Shown piece after piece: positions 50,543 through 60,264 of a stretch of 64,000 nt of DNA. Position 1 is the first letter of the stretch, and the number at the start of each line of letters is the position of its first letter. The notes beneath the pieces are model-generated. The model was not told where the DNA came from, did no database searches, and saw only the letters and a program-made list of their open reading frames with translations. This DNA comes from an uncultured Acidobacteriota bacterium (GTDB lineage: Bacteria; Acidobacteriota; Thermoanaerobaculia; Multivoradales; JAHEKO01). The position numbers and the translations under genes are program-made. The stretch spans positions 320,001 through 384,000 of the forward strand of contig CAVQNG010000025.1 in NCBI GenBank assembly GCA_963713825.1, written 5' to 3'.

Positions 50543-50582
50543 TGGTAAGTGCGAGGTTCCTGGAACATGGATCAGGGATGGG

Positions 50583-51737
50583 TCAGCCGGCTGGCATGGA
50601 CTTCAGGGCCGCCTCGAGGACGCGAAGAAAATGAGCCACATCCCGTTCGCTGTTGTAGACGTGAGGAGAGACCCGAATCGAGGTGCCTCGCACGCTGACG
50701 TGGATCTTCTCCGCCTTCAGCACGGCTGCCATGTGCTGTGGGCTCCGATTCCCGAGTCGCAAGCCTATGAGGTGCCCCGCTCGACGATTCTCTGCCGCTA
50801 CCTGGAGTCCGAGCTGTCGCGCCCGGTCGGCGATCCGTCGGGTCAGGAGTCCGATCGTCGCCTGCACTTCTTCGACTCCCCACTGCAGCGTTTGCTCCAG
50901 AGCCGCGATGGCAGCGGGCAGAAGAGCGAAATTGCTCACCTCCCCGACATCGAATCGCCGTGCGCCTTCGGCGTAGGAATCGGTGTAGCGCGCCACAGCA
51001 GCGAAGTCCTCGGCGTTCGATCGCGCGATCCAGTTTTGCTCGATGGCTCTTCCCTGGCGCCATTGCGGCGCTACCCACAAGAATCCGTAGCTGTAGGGAC
51101 CGAGGAGCCACTTGTAGGATGCAGTAACCAGGAAGTCGGGTTGGATGGCCGCCACGTCCAGAGGCAGTGCACCGATCGACTGGCAACCGTCGACGACCAG
51201 GGCGGCTCCTGACTCCCGAGCCCGCTCACCGACCTGCTCGAGATCCACCAGCGTGCCATCCGTCCAGTGGCAGTGCGGCAGAGCGACGACAGCTGTTCTT
51301 TCGTCGATCGCTGCGAGCACCTGCCGCGTCCAGTCGTCGTCGGCTGGACGTGGAACGGTCAGGACCTCCGCGCCCCTTTCTGCTGCGAGCTGCCGCCAGA
51401 TGTAGACGTTGGAAGGGAACTGCTCGTCCAACACGATGATGTTCCCACCCTGGGGTACCGGCAGGTTGGCGGCAGCGACGGCCATCCCATAACTCACGGA
51501 AGGCACCATGGCAACGCCGTCGTCGTCGCCGCCGATCACCTGTCCAAAGAGCTCTCTCGCCCGCACCAAAGGCGCGAAGAAATCACCCGGCTCGATCTTC
51601 CAAGGTTGAGACTTGTTGCCGAGGCCTTCGACTCCGGCGCTGAGCACCGCACTGGAGAGGGGGCCCATGTAGGCACAATTGAGATAGGCCACATCCTCCG
51701 GCAGATCGAAGAGGTGCCGTTGGCAGGGTAGCGTCAT
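50583..51737 (-). CDS. Class V PLP-dependent aminotransferase-family protein
   Basis: YLNCA, DGCQSIG, SYKWLLGP, IRVSPHVYN. Confidence 0.9.
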   Translation of the reverse strand: MTLPCQRHLFDLPEDVAYLNCAYMGPLSSAVLSAGVEGLGNKSQPWKIEPGDFFAPLVRARELFGQVIGGDDDGVAMVPSVSYGMAVAAANLPVPQGGNIIVLDEQFPSNVYIWRQLAAERGAEVLTVPRPADDDWTRQVLAAIDERTAVVALPHCHWTDGTLVDLEQVGERARESGAALVVDGCQSIGALPLDVAAIQPDFLVTASYKWLLGPYSYGFLWVAPQWRQGRAIEQNWIARSNAEDFAAVARYTDSYAEGARRFDVGEVSNFALLPAAIAALEQTLQWGVEEVQATIGLLTRRIADRARQLGLQVAAENRRAGHLIGLRLGNRSPQHMAAVLKAEKIHVSVRGTSIRVSPHVYNSERDVAHFLRVLEAALKSMPAG

Positions 51738-51760
51738 GGGAAAGGAGCCTCGCTTTTCGG

Positions 51761-52960
51761 TCAGAGAACGGCCGCAGTGGCATCACAGATCCGCGGTATG
51801 TTGTCGGGAGTCATGGCGGCGAAATTGACCCGCCCCGAGCCGACCACGTAGATGGCGTGATCCTCGCGCAGTTGCTCTACCTGGGCTCGGGTCAAACCCG
51901 TAAAGGAGAACATGCCGTTCTGATGCAACAGGAAGTCGTTACCCTCCGAGCTCAGTAGCACGCCACGCTCGTCGAGGCCGGCCACGAAGAGCTTTCTCAT
52001 GCCGTCGATGCGCTGCCGCATCTGGCTCAATTCCCCCTCCCATTCCTGTCGAAGGGCGTTGTCCCCGAGAATCGTTGTGACGATGGCTCCGCCATGGGCC
52101 GGTGGGTTGGAGTAGATGGATCGAATGCGGAGCTTGACCTGGCTGGTGATGGCATCGACGGCATCGGCAGTGCTGGCGACGATCGTCAAGGCGCCGACGC
52201 GCTCGTTGTAGAGGGCGAAGTTCTTGGAGAAGCTGCTACAAATGATGGCCTCGGGCACCGCGTTGCAGAGAGCTCGGAGGCCTTCTACGTCGGCTTCCAG
52301 GTCAACCGCGAATCCCTGGTAGGCGAGATCCACCAAGGGTAGAAGACCCTGCTTCTCGAGCCTTGCTGCCAGGACTCTCCACTGATCCGGTGTCAGATCG
52401 GCTCCAGTGGGGTTGTGGCAACAGCCGTGCAACAGAATTACATCGCCCTTTGGAATCCCTTCGACAGCTGCCAGCATGGCCTCGAAATCGACCTTGTTCG
52501 TTGATTTGTCGAAGTAGGCGTAGGTACGAATGGGGAGCCCAGCGGCGCCAAAAACCTGATGGTGATTCACCCAGGTCGGCTCGGGCATCCAGATCGTGGT
52601 CTCTGGACACTGGTCTCTGAGCAGGTCTCCGGCGACTCTCAGTGCACCTGTGCCGCCGGGTGTGTGCGCTGTGAGAACCCGAAGTTCCGTGACGACCTTA
52701 CTCGATTCGTCGAGCAACAGTGATTGCACTGCCTGGCCATAGGCCTCGGTGCCTTCGATGGCGAGGTAGGACATGCTCGTCTGTTCGTCGAGAAGACGAG
52801 CCTCGGCCTTGGTAACCGCGGCCAGGACCGGTGTCTGGCCCTGCGCGTTTTGATAGACGCCGATCCCAAGGTTGATCTTGCCGTCTCGTGGATCGGCACG
52901 AAAGGCCTCGCTGAGACCGAAGATCGGGTCGGGTTTTGCAGCTGGAATACGTTCGAACAT
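51761..52960 (-). CDS. aspC: Aspartate/aromatic amino acid aminotransferase (AspC/TyrB type)
   Basis: DPIFGL, INLGIGVY, CHNPTG, DLAYQGF, SFSKNFALYNERVG. Confidence 0.93.
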   Translation of the reverse strand: MFERIPAAKPDPIFGLSEAFRADPRDGKINLGIGVYQNAQGQTPVLAAVTKAEARLLDEQTSMSYLAIEGTEAYGQAVQSLLLDESSKVVTELRVLTAHTPGGTGALRVAGDLLRDQCPETTIWMPEPTWVNHHQVFGAAGLPIRTYAYFDKSTNKVDFEAMLAAVEGIPKGDVILLHGCCHNPTGADLTPDQWRVLAARLEKQGLLPLVDLAYQGFAVDLEADVEGLRALCNAVPEAIICSSFSKNFALYNERVGALTIVASTADAVDAITSQVKLRIRSIYSNPPAHGGAIVTTILGDNALRQEWEGELSQMRQRIDGMRKLFVAGLDERGVLLSSEGNDFLLHQNGMFSFTGLTRAQVEQLREDHAIYVVGSGRVNFAAMTPDNIPRICDATAAVL

Positions 52961-53196
52961 TCTGGGTCCCCCGATGACCTCTCAGAGACGAAATGCCGAG
53001 GCTGAACCACGGCCAGAGGGCCTCTTTGGAGAGGTTGCAGTTCTCACGGCGGCCTCTATGCTAGCACTGGCTCGGCGATCTATTGGCTGGTCTCTGGCGG
53101 GTGTGGCCAGGGCCAAATTGCGATAGGATCCCCGAGTTCGGTTGAGACGTCTCGAGAGCCCCCTCTCGAAAGCCACCATCCAGAGTCGAGTCGATC

Positions 53197-54369
53197 ATGC
53201 AAGGCAGACAACTGCTGGCTCACAGGATCGAGTCGCGGCAGCGACCGCGCAACGGTTGCGGCGTTGGGTTGTGGTTGGTGGTCGCCGTGTGGCTGTGCAC
53301 GCAGCTGGAAGTTCCGGGGATAGGGCACGGCAAGTCACAGAAGCTGGGGCCGAATGAAATCCAGTCCGGGTATCGGGAAGTTCTGTCGATTCTCGCTACG
53401 GGTGATCAGGAGGCGGCGCTGGAGGCGCTCTTCGAGCTCGAGACCGCGGTCGTCGGGGACAAGCAGCCGTGGAAGAGGGTCGAGGACTTCTGGCGTCTGA
53501 AGCTCAGGACGCTGCGCGAGTTGCTGGATGCCGAGTCACTGGCCCTGCTGAAGCCGGTCATCATGTTGCACTACGAAGCCAGTCAGATGTACGTGGAGAG
53601 AGAGCGACCTTTTCTGGCCAGCCATTCTCGAGTCATGAGCGTGGAACTGGCGGAGATCTACGCCGATCGTTCCAATAGCGCCGCCGCCAGAGAGTTCTCG
53701 GGTTGGGTCATGACGAGTCTCGGCGCCATGTTGTGGCACCCGTCTTCGGTGATCTCGAGTGCAGATCTCTTCTATCGAGCCCAGATGGTGGACCCCGGGA
53801 ACTCCACCGCACTGATGGGGCTCGGCGCGGCCTACGAAAGAAATGCCAATTACGAGAAGTCCATCGAGTACCTGTCGCGTCTGCTGGAGATGGAGCCCGA
53901 TGACTCTGTGGCTGCGTTGCACCTGGCCCTTTGCCAGGTGCGCAGCGGCGTGACTCCGCGTGACGAGGGACTGCAGACTCTGCAGGGTCTGCAAGGACCC
54001 GAGGAGCAGGCCTGGGTGCGTTCGATCGCCTATCAGGAGGTGGCTCGGGCCCAGCTCGCCGATGAAGCAGTGGAAGCGGCGGAAGCGACGATCCGTGAAG
54101 GGCTCGAAGCGCTACCAGGTGACCAGGCGCTCGCGCTGCAGCTCGCTTTGGTGTTGGAAGGAAAGCGACGGCCCAAGGAGGCGCTCGTCGTGATCGAGAG
54201 GATCGAGCCAGGGGACGCAGAGTCTGCCTCGCCTCGCCTGCTCTACGATGTTTGGGAGCCGACCGGAATTGAGGAGATCAGGGTGCGGCTGGAGAAGGAC
54301 GCTGCCCTGGGGCTGCCGATTCTGGCCGGCAAGATGGGAGTCGGAGCTCCAGAAGTGGGGGGACAGTGA
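53197..54369 (+). CDS. Exported tetratricopeptide repeat protein
   Basis: DPGNSTALMGLGAAY...LLEMEPDD TPR-like helices; GTGA overlap with the VWA gene; start uncertain. Confidence 0.75.
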   Translation: MQGRQLLAHRIESRQRPRNGCGVGLWLVVAVWLCTQLEVPGIGHGKSQKLGPNEIQSGYREVLSILATGDQEAALEALFELETAVVGDKQPWKRVEDFWRLKLRTLRELLDAESLALLKPVIMLHYEASQMYVERERPFLASHSRVMSVELAEIYADRSNSAAAREFSGWVMTSLGAMLWHPSSVISSADLFYRAQMVDPGNSTALMGLGAAYERNANYEKSIEYLSRLLEMEPDDSVAALHLALCQVRSGVTPRDEGLQTLQGLQGPEEQAWVRSIAYQEVARAQLADEAVEAAEATIREGLEALPGDQALALQLALVLEGKRRPKEALVVIERIEPGDAESASPRLLYDVWEPTGIEEIRVRLEKDAALGLPILAGKMGVGAPEVGGQ

Positions 54370-55538
54370 GAAGGCTGTCGCTCGTTCTGTCTTGCATGGT
54401 GGCGGCAGTGGCCTCACAGGCTGGCGCGTTGGAGGTCTGGTTCGAGCGGCCGAGGCCCGCGGAGTTCGTGTTTGGGGAGGTGGAGGTCCTCATTCGGGCA
54501 GCGCCCGAAGAGGAGGTCGAGACCGTTCAGGTGATCGTCGACGGCCGCGAAGTCGCGCTGTTCGAGCGGCCGCCGTTCAGGGTCGCCGTGAATGTCGGTC
54601 AGGAGAACACGGAGCACGAGTTTCGAGTTGTGGTGCGCAGCGTCAATGGGGAGACCAAGACCGCCGCGGTGGTGACTCCGATCCTCCAGATTGACGAGGT
54701 CGTCGACCTGGGGTTGCAGCAGCTCTACGTTACGGTAAACGGATTTAATGGACGGGTGCTGAATCTCGAGCAGCAGGACTTTCGCATAGTGGACGAAGGA
54801 AAGAGGCAGGAGATGGTGACGTTCGAGCGGGGAGATATCCCTTTGACTGCCGCTCTCTTGCTGGATTGCAGCCTCAGCATGAAAGGGGAGCGACTCGCGG
54901 CAGCGCTACAGGGAGCCAACGAGTTTGTCGAGGAGATGAAACCGCTCGACCAGGCGATGGTGATGCTCTTTTCCGATCGGCTGTTGCGGACGACCGAGTT
55001 CTCCGAGGACCGTGAGTTGCTCAGTCGAGCCCTCACCGATGTCGAGGCGGCGGGAGGCACCTCGATCAACGACCATCTCTTCCTGGCGCTCAGCCGATTG
55101 GAAGCCGTGCAAGGCCGACGCGTTGTGGTGCTGTTCTCGGACGGCTCCGATGTCCACAGCGTGCTGCCGATGGCGGGAGTCCTGCGAAAGGCTCGCAGCA
55201 GTCAGGCCCTGATCTACTGGATTCAGCTTCGGGACCCGGGAGAGGAATCGGAGGTCCCCGAGTACACATCCTCGTGGAGAAACGTCGAAGCCAACCGGAG
55301 GGAGTTCAAGGATCTCCGACAAGCCATTCAAGAGAGTGGAGGGCGGATCGAAGTCGTGGACAACCTCGCGGAGTTGGAAGATGCCTTTGCCGGGATTCTC
55401 GCCGAGCTACGGGAGCAGTACGTGTTGGGTTACTACCCCAGCCAGGCCAATCACGACGGAGCCTGGAGAAATGTGCGGGTCAGGGTCGAGAAGCAAAACC
55501 TGGATGTGCGAACCCGCGAAGGCTACTTCGACTATTAA
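54366..55538 (+). CDS. Acidobacterial-type VWA domain protein with N-terminal Ig-like domain
   Basis: Signal peptide; MIDAS DCSLS, GGT, FSDG; ELREQYVLGY; VRTREGY. Confidence 0.9.
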   Translation: MRRLSLVLSCMVAAVASQAGALEVWFERPRPAEFVFGEVEVLIRAAPEEEVETVQVIVDGREVALFERPPFRVAVNVGQENTEHEFRVVVRSVNGETKTAAVVTPILQIDEVVDLGLQQLYVTVNGFNGRVLNLEQQDFRIVDEGKRQEMVTFERGDIPLTAALLLDCSLSMKGERLAAALQGANEFVEEMKPLDQAMVMLFSDRLLRTTEFSEDRELLSRALTDVEAAGGTSINDHLFLALSRLEAVQGRRVVVLFSDGSDVHSVLPMAGVLRKARSSQALIYWIQLRDPGEESEVPEYTSSWRNVEANRREFKDLRQAIQESGGRIEVVDNLAELEDAFAGILAELREQYVLGYYPSQANHDGAWRNVRVRVEKQNLDVRTREGYFDY

Positions 55539-55548
55539 CGGCTGGCGG

Positions 55549-56268
55549 TCAGAAGGCGCCGCCCATCAATCGTCGCCAGTCCTCGAGGGACCCAACCCTC
55601 AAGTAGAGGTTGTCCTCCAGCTCCGTCTCGATTGTCGACGTCTCGGAGGGGCCGTAGTTGTGCCCAGGGTACAGCACGGTCTGCGAGGGTAGCTTGGCGA
55701 GCTTTTGAGTCAGGCTGTAGTACATCTGGTCGGGGTCGCCGCCCGGCAGGTCGACGCGTCCACAGCCCTGCACGAACAGCGTATCGCCAGCCACCAGGCG
55801 GTCGCCGAGAAGGAAGCACTGACTGCCAGGAGTGTGCCCCGGGGTATGCATGAACTGAATCTCCACCTGCCCCAGGGTCAGCTTCTCGCCGTCGTCGGTC
55901 TGGCGCATGTCGCTGTCCGAGACACCGGTGACGACCTTCAGGCCTGCCGCTTCATGCTTGTTGACATAGAGCGGCACCTGGTGCTCCTCCAGTAGCCTGT
56001 TGACACCTTCTACGTGCACTCCCCAGAGATCGCCACCCACGTGGTCGGGGTGGTAGTGGGTGATGAGCGCTCCGACGATTTCGTAGTCGTCTTGCTGCGC
56101 CACCTCGAGAAGCGATGAGACGTCCCAGGCTGGGTCCACGATCAGCGCCTGGCGGCTGCCAACGTCCCCGATCAGGTACATGAAGTTCGCCATCTGGCCA
56201 GCAACGGGATGCTCGACCGCCACCTGGCGGCCCGCCAGCAGCTGTCGGAAATAGAGGTCGTCGGTCAT
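55549..56268 (-). CDS. MBL-fold metallo-hydrolase (glyoxalase II-like)
   Basis: THYHPDH, TPGHTPGS, GDTLF..GCGR, PGHNY. Confidence 0.92.
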   Translation of the reverse strand: MTDDLYFRQLLAGRQVAVEHPVAGQMANFMYLIGDVGSRQALIVDPAWDVSSLLEVAQQDDYEIVGALITHYHPDHVGGDLWGVHVEGVNRLLEEHQVPLYVNKHEAAGLKVVTGVSDSDMRQTDDGEKLTLGQVEIQFMHTPGHTPGSQCFLLGDRLVAGDTLFVQGCGRVDLPGGDPDQMYYSLTQKLAKLPSQTVLYPGHNYGPSETSTIETELEDNLYLRVGSLEDWRRLMGGAF

Positions 56269-56364
56269 GATGCGTTGCCTCCCTCGGGCGGTGTCTGGAG
56301 CCGGTGCTCCGGCTGCCGTGAAGCATAGCCGAAAGCGCTCGGGGGCCTCATCGCGTTGTCGTTC

Positions 56365-57234
56365 TCAGGCGGGGAAGTCCTGCAGCATCCTGGCGGCGAT
56401 CTCCTTGAGCATCTTGGCGGCGACGCGGGCGGTCAGGTCGTGAACATCGCGCAGGGGATTCAGCTCCACGATATCGGCACCGATCAGAGGAGACGGTAGA
56501 GTTTGGAGGATGTCGAGCAACTCGCGGGTCGAGAGACCTCCAGGCTCGGGGTGTGAGACTCCTGGTGCGAAGGCGGGGTCCAGAGCATCCAGATCCAACG
56601 ACAGATAGATGGGTCCCTCGAGATCGTCTGGAAGCCCATCCTCTAGGCGCCAACGACTCATTTCTAGGACTTCCACGCCGAAGCGGTCGGCCTGCTGGCG
56701 TTGGTGCTCATTGAGCGTTCGGATGCCCAGCTGCACCAAACGGGCAACGAGGCCCTCCTCCAAGATCCGACTGAAAGGGCAGGCATGGGACAGGCGATCC
56801 CCGTCGAGCTCATCGTACAGATCTGAGTGCGCATCGATGTGCACGATGGTGAGGCCGGAAAAATGTCGACAGTGAGCGCGCACGATTGGCAGCGTCACGG
56901 AGTGGTCGCCACCCAGGCACACGACCCTCGAGCCGGCGCCGAGAACTTCGTCGATAGAGCGCTCGATCGTCTCGAAGGCTACGTCTCCGGCCTCCAGGTC
57001 CAGATCAGCCAGGACCCGGATGCGCTGCTCATCACTGAAGTCGAGCCCGGACTCAGTGGCAGTGTTGGAAGAGCTCGAATGCAGAGCCTGGCGGATGTGC
57101 GCCGGCCCGGCAGCAGCGCCCCGGAGATACGAGGACTTCTCGTCCCAGGGGATTCCAAGGACGGCGATCGAGCTCTCGGCAAGCCCCTCATGGGCGAAAG
57201 TGCGACTCGTCGAATCGTGACCCGCCATCGTCAT
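56365..57234 (-). CDS. speB: Agmatinase (ureohydrolase family)
   Basis: GGDHS, DAHSD, SHAC, DLDALDP, VELNP. Confidence 0.88.
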   Translation of the reverse strand: MTMAGHDSTSRTFAHEGLAESSIAVLGIPWDEKSSYLRGAAAGPAHIRQALHSSSSNTATESGLDFSDEQRIRVLADLDLEAGDVAFETIERSIDEVLGAGSRVVCLGGDHSVTLPIVRAHCRHFSGLTIVHIDAHSDLYDELDGDRLSHACPFSRILEEGLVARLVQLGIRTLNEHQRQQADRFGVEVLEMSRWRLEDGLPDDLEGPIYLSLDLDALDPAFAPGVSHPEPGGLSTRELLDILQTLPSPLIGADIVELNPLRDVHDLTARVAAKMLKEIAARMLQDFPA

Positions 57235-57408
57235 TCTGCTCCCTTATCCGTCGGAGAGTGGGGTTCCCGATCCCTGAGCGATCATGCTAGCAGGGGGCGG
57301 AAGATAGACGCAGGTCTATACCTCACTGGCAACCTCGGTCAGAATATGAATAATCATTGCGTCACCAAACCGCATCCTAGAATCGAGAACGGAGAGGAAC
57401 CCAAGCCT

Positions 57409-58578
57409 ATGGCACGTCTTACCTATATCACCAGCGAATCGGTCACCGAGGGGCATCCCGACAAGATCTGTGACCGGATCTCCGACGCGGTCTTGGACAC
57501 TCTTCTCGAGCAGGACCCCGATAGCCGAGTGGCGGTCGAGTGTCTTGTCACGACCGGGACTGTGATTGTCTCCGGCGAAGTGAGCACCGAGGGCTACGCC
57601 GATGTTCAGCGTATCGCGAGGCAGACCCTGAAGGAGATCGGCTACACGAATCCAGAGTTCGGTATCGACAACGAGGACGCCGGAGTCCTGGTGAGCATTC
57701 ATGAGCAGAGTCCGGATATCGCCCAGGGAGTCGACGAGAAGGATGACAAGGATCAGGGCGCCGGCGATCAGGGCATGATGTATGGGTTCGCCTGCGATGA
57801 GACTCCGGAGTTGATGCCTTTGCCGATCATGTTGGCGCACCGCCTGACCCGGCGACTGGCGGAGGTTCGCCGATCGGGTGAGATCGATGGAATCGGTCCT
57901 GACGGCAAGAGCCAGGTGACGGTCGAGTACGAGGGCGACAAGCCACAGCGCGTCGCTGCCGTAGTCCTCAGCACGCAGCACCTCGAATCGAAGACCACCG
58001 AAGAGCTGCGGCGAGATGTGGCCGACAAGGTCATCGAGCCGATCTGTCAGCAATACATGGATGCCGAGACGAAGATCCATGTCAATCCGACGGGCAGATT
58101 CGTCATTGGGGGTCCGGAAGGCGACACCGGCCTGACGGGCAGAAAGATCATTGTCGACACCTACGGCGGTGTCGGGCGCCACGGTGGTGGAGCGTTCTCC
58201 GGCAAGGATCCGAGCAAGGTCGACCGGTCGGCCACCTACGCGGCCCGCTATGTGGCAAAGAACATCGTGGCGGCAGGGCTCGCCAGTAGGTGCGAGGTGC
58301 AGCTCTCGTACGCCATCGGTGTTGCGGAGCCTGTCAGTGTCAACGTTGATACCTTCGGGACCAATACGGTGCCCGAAGAGCGAATCGTGGAGTTGGTCAA
58401 CCAACATTTCGACTTGACCCCCAGAGGAATCATTGCCCAGCTGGATCTCAAGAAGCCGGTCTACAAGGCGACCTCGGCATACGGCCATTTCGGTCGGCCG
58501 GAGTTCTCCTGGGAGAACACGGACAAGGCCGAGGTGCTGGCAAGCGAAGCTGGCCTTACTGCCGGCTCAGCCGAGTAG
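57409..58578 (+). CDS. metK: S-adenosylmethionine synthase
   Basis: [32 protein letters not shown]. Confidence 0.98.
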   Translation: MARLTYITSESVTEGHPDKICDRISDAVLDTLLEQDPDSRVAVECLVTTGTVIVSGEVSTEGYADVQRIARQTLKEIGYTNPEFGIDNEDAGVLVSIHEQSPDIAQGVDEKDDKDQGAGDQGMMYGFACDETPELMPLPIMLAHRLTRRLAEVRRSGEIDGIGPDGKSQVTVEYEGDKPQRVAAVVLSTQHLESKTTEELRRDVADKVIEPICQQYMDAETKIHVNPTGRFVIGGPEGDTGLTGRKIIVDTYGGVGRHGGGAFSGKDPSKVDRSATYAARYVAKNIVAAGLASRCEVQLSYAIGVAEPVSVNVDTFGTNTVPEERIVELVNQHFDLTPRGIIAQLDLKKPVYKATSAYGHFGRPEFSWENTDKAEVLASEAGLTAGSAE

Positions 58579-58767
58579 CTCAGCAGAAGGCACGGACTGC
58601 CACTCTCACTGTGAAGCGCTGCACAGTGGAGGCTTTGTCTCGACCGTAAGATGGGTCCGGAAGGGTCCGAGCACCAGCCCAAACGGCCCCGAGTCGGGAG
58701 GTGTCTCATCGAGCGCGCGAGCCAGGCGGATCCGAACCTTCTTCTTGGGGTGTAAGCTGGTGGCACC

Positions 58768-60264
58768 ATGACACAGTTCGAGCGCATCGGCCGATTCGAG
58801 GTTCTGGATCGGATCGGGGGCGACGCCTTCTCCCTGCTGTATTCGGGCCACGACCCGTTTGAAGATCGGCCCGTTGAGATCCGCGTCTGTGTGGCTTCGG
58901 ACGACGAATACCGCTGGCGCTTTCTGAAAGCCGCCGAAGACTCCTTCTTCCTGCGCCATCACAACATCTCGCGAGTGCTGGAATTCGGTTCTGGCGAGCC
59001 GAAGCCCTACCTGGTGCAGGAGGTCTTTCCAGGGATTTCGCTGAAGGCGAGGATCTACGCGGAGGAGCCTGTCGAAGATGTCGTCAAGCTCTTCTATCTC
59101 CTGCAGCTCGGCCAGGGATTGCAGTACGCCCACGAGCAGGGTGTCCTTCACCGCCAGATCAGCCCGGAGGTGATTCGAGTCGGTGCAGGCGAGAAGATCA
59201 AGCTCAGTGACTTCGGTGTCGCCCAACTGGCCAGTTCGTGGATCCAATTGCAGGTCGGAGGAGCCGCATACCCCGCCGCGGGCTACATTCTGCCAGAAGT
59301 ACTCGCCGGCATGGCACCGAACGAACGTAGTGAGGTCTTTGGCTTTGGAGCGACAGCCTATGAGCTTCTGGCAGCGTGGCCGCCATTCACCGCAGAGACC
59401 CTGCCGGAACTGGTTTCCAAGGTTCTGAATGAGCCCCCCGCGCCCCTTACGAGCCTCTGGCCCGAATGTCCCGAGGAGCTGGAGGCGGTGATTCACAAGT
59501 GTCTGAGTTTCGACCCTCGGCGTCGATACGCGGGGTTGGGTGAGGTTCTGGAGGACCTATCAGCCGTGCTGCCGATTCCCGCAGAGCCGGCGCCAGAGCG
59601 CTCGCAGGAGCGGGAGCCGCTGGGTGAGGATTCGCAGACGGTCTACATCGTGGATCCGGCAACCCTGAGTGGATCCGAGCCCGAGCCCGAGCCCGAGCAC
59701 GAACGTCCGGGAAGGGAGGCCGCGACCGGTCCAGTTACGCCCGGACCCCTGGCGACCGGATGGAGTGCTCTCCGGACAGCAGCCAGCTCGTCCTTGGCGG
59801 CGATGCAAGCGCTCGATGTGAAGTTCAGAATGCCTTCTTGGAACTGGCGCTGGTGGCCGGTGGCCGCCGGCCTTCTCCTCCTGTTCGCAGTCGCAGGATG
59901 GGGTCTGGCGAACCGAGACAAGACGGAGCCTATTCGCGAGGCTGCGGGCCCTGTCGTCATCCCTGCGATACCAGCCGCGCGACAAGAAATGGGACTCCTC
60001 TCTCTGGATGCTCGGCCCTGGGCCGAAGTATCCCGGATCCTGGACGAGAGCGGCGAAGAGGTGCCGTTGGCCGCGCCGACACTGACGCCGACGACCCTGC
60101 AGCTTCCCACGGGCCACTACAGGATCGTCCTCTCCCACCCAAGCGCAGAGGAGAGCCAAGAGTGTCGGGTGCAGGTTTCGTCCGACCGCAGGACCGATTG
60201 CAGCCTCCAGTTCGCGAGCGTCGAAACGCAAGACTATTTTCGGTTGTCCGGGTGGTGGCAATGA
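58768..60264 (+). CDS. Membrane-anchored Hanks-type Ser/Thr kinase-like protein (probable pseudokinase) with PEGA-like C-terminus
   Basis: Kinase fold with HRQISPEV, KLSDFG; TM segment; DARPWAEV..TP..LPTG.Y. Confidence 0.85.
   Translation: MTQFERIGRFEVLDRIGGDAFSLLYSGHDPFEDRPVEIRVCVASDDEYRWRFLKAAEDSFFLRHHNISRVLEFGSGEPKPYLVQEVFPGISLKARIYAEEPVEDVVKLFYLLQLGQGLQYAHEQGVLHRQISPEVIRVGAGEKIKLSDFGVAQLASSWIQLQVGGAAYPAAGYILPEVLAGMAPNERSEVFGFGATAYELLAAWPPFTAETLPELVSKVLNEPPAPLTSLWPECPEELEAVIHKCLSFDPRRRYAGLGEVLEDLSAVLPIPAEPAPERSQEREPLGEDSQTVYIVDPATLSGSEPEPEPEHERPGREAATGPVTPGPLATGWSALRTAASSSLAAMQALDVKFRMPSWNWRWWPVAAGLLLLFAVAGWGLANRDKTEPIREAAGPVVIPAIPAARQEMGLLSLDARPWAEVSRILDESGEEVPLAAPTLTPTTLQLPTGHYRIVLSHPSAEESQECRVQVSSDRRTDCSLQFASVETQDYFRLSGWWQ

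Noticed and set aside
57241-57340. Possible SAM-I riboswitch upstream of metK (CTTATC...GAG...GGCAACC)
   Set aside because: The conserved P1/P2/P3 pairing could not be built; CTTATC lies beside the speB RBS on the opposite strand.
56827-57408. N-terminal extension of MetK in the ORF track
   Set aside because: Overlaps speB antisense; the canonical start with a GAGG RBS is at 57409.
59677-59699. GAGCCC tandem repeat
   Set aside because: Encodes an EPEPEPE linker in frame; not a CRISPR array or evident contingency locus.
59760-60260. N-terminal extension of the 590-aa ORF
   Set aside because: Overlaps the kinase gene; the signal peptide begins at 60261.
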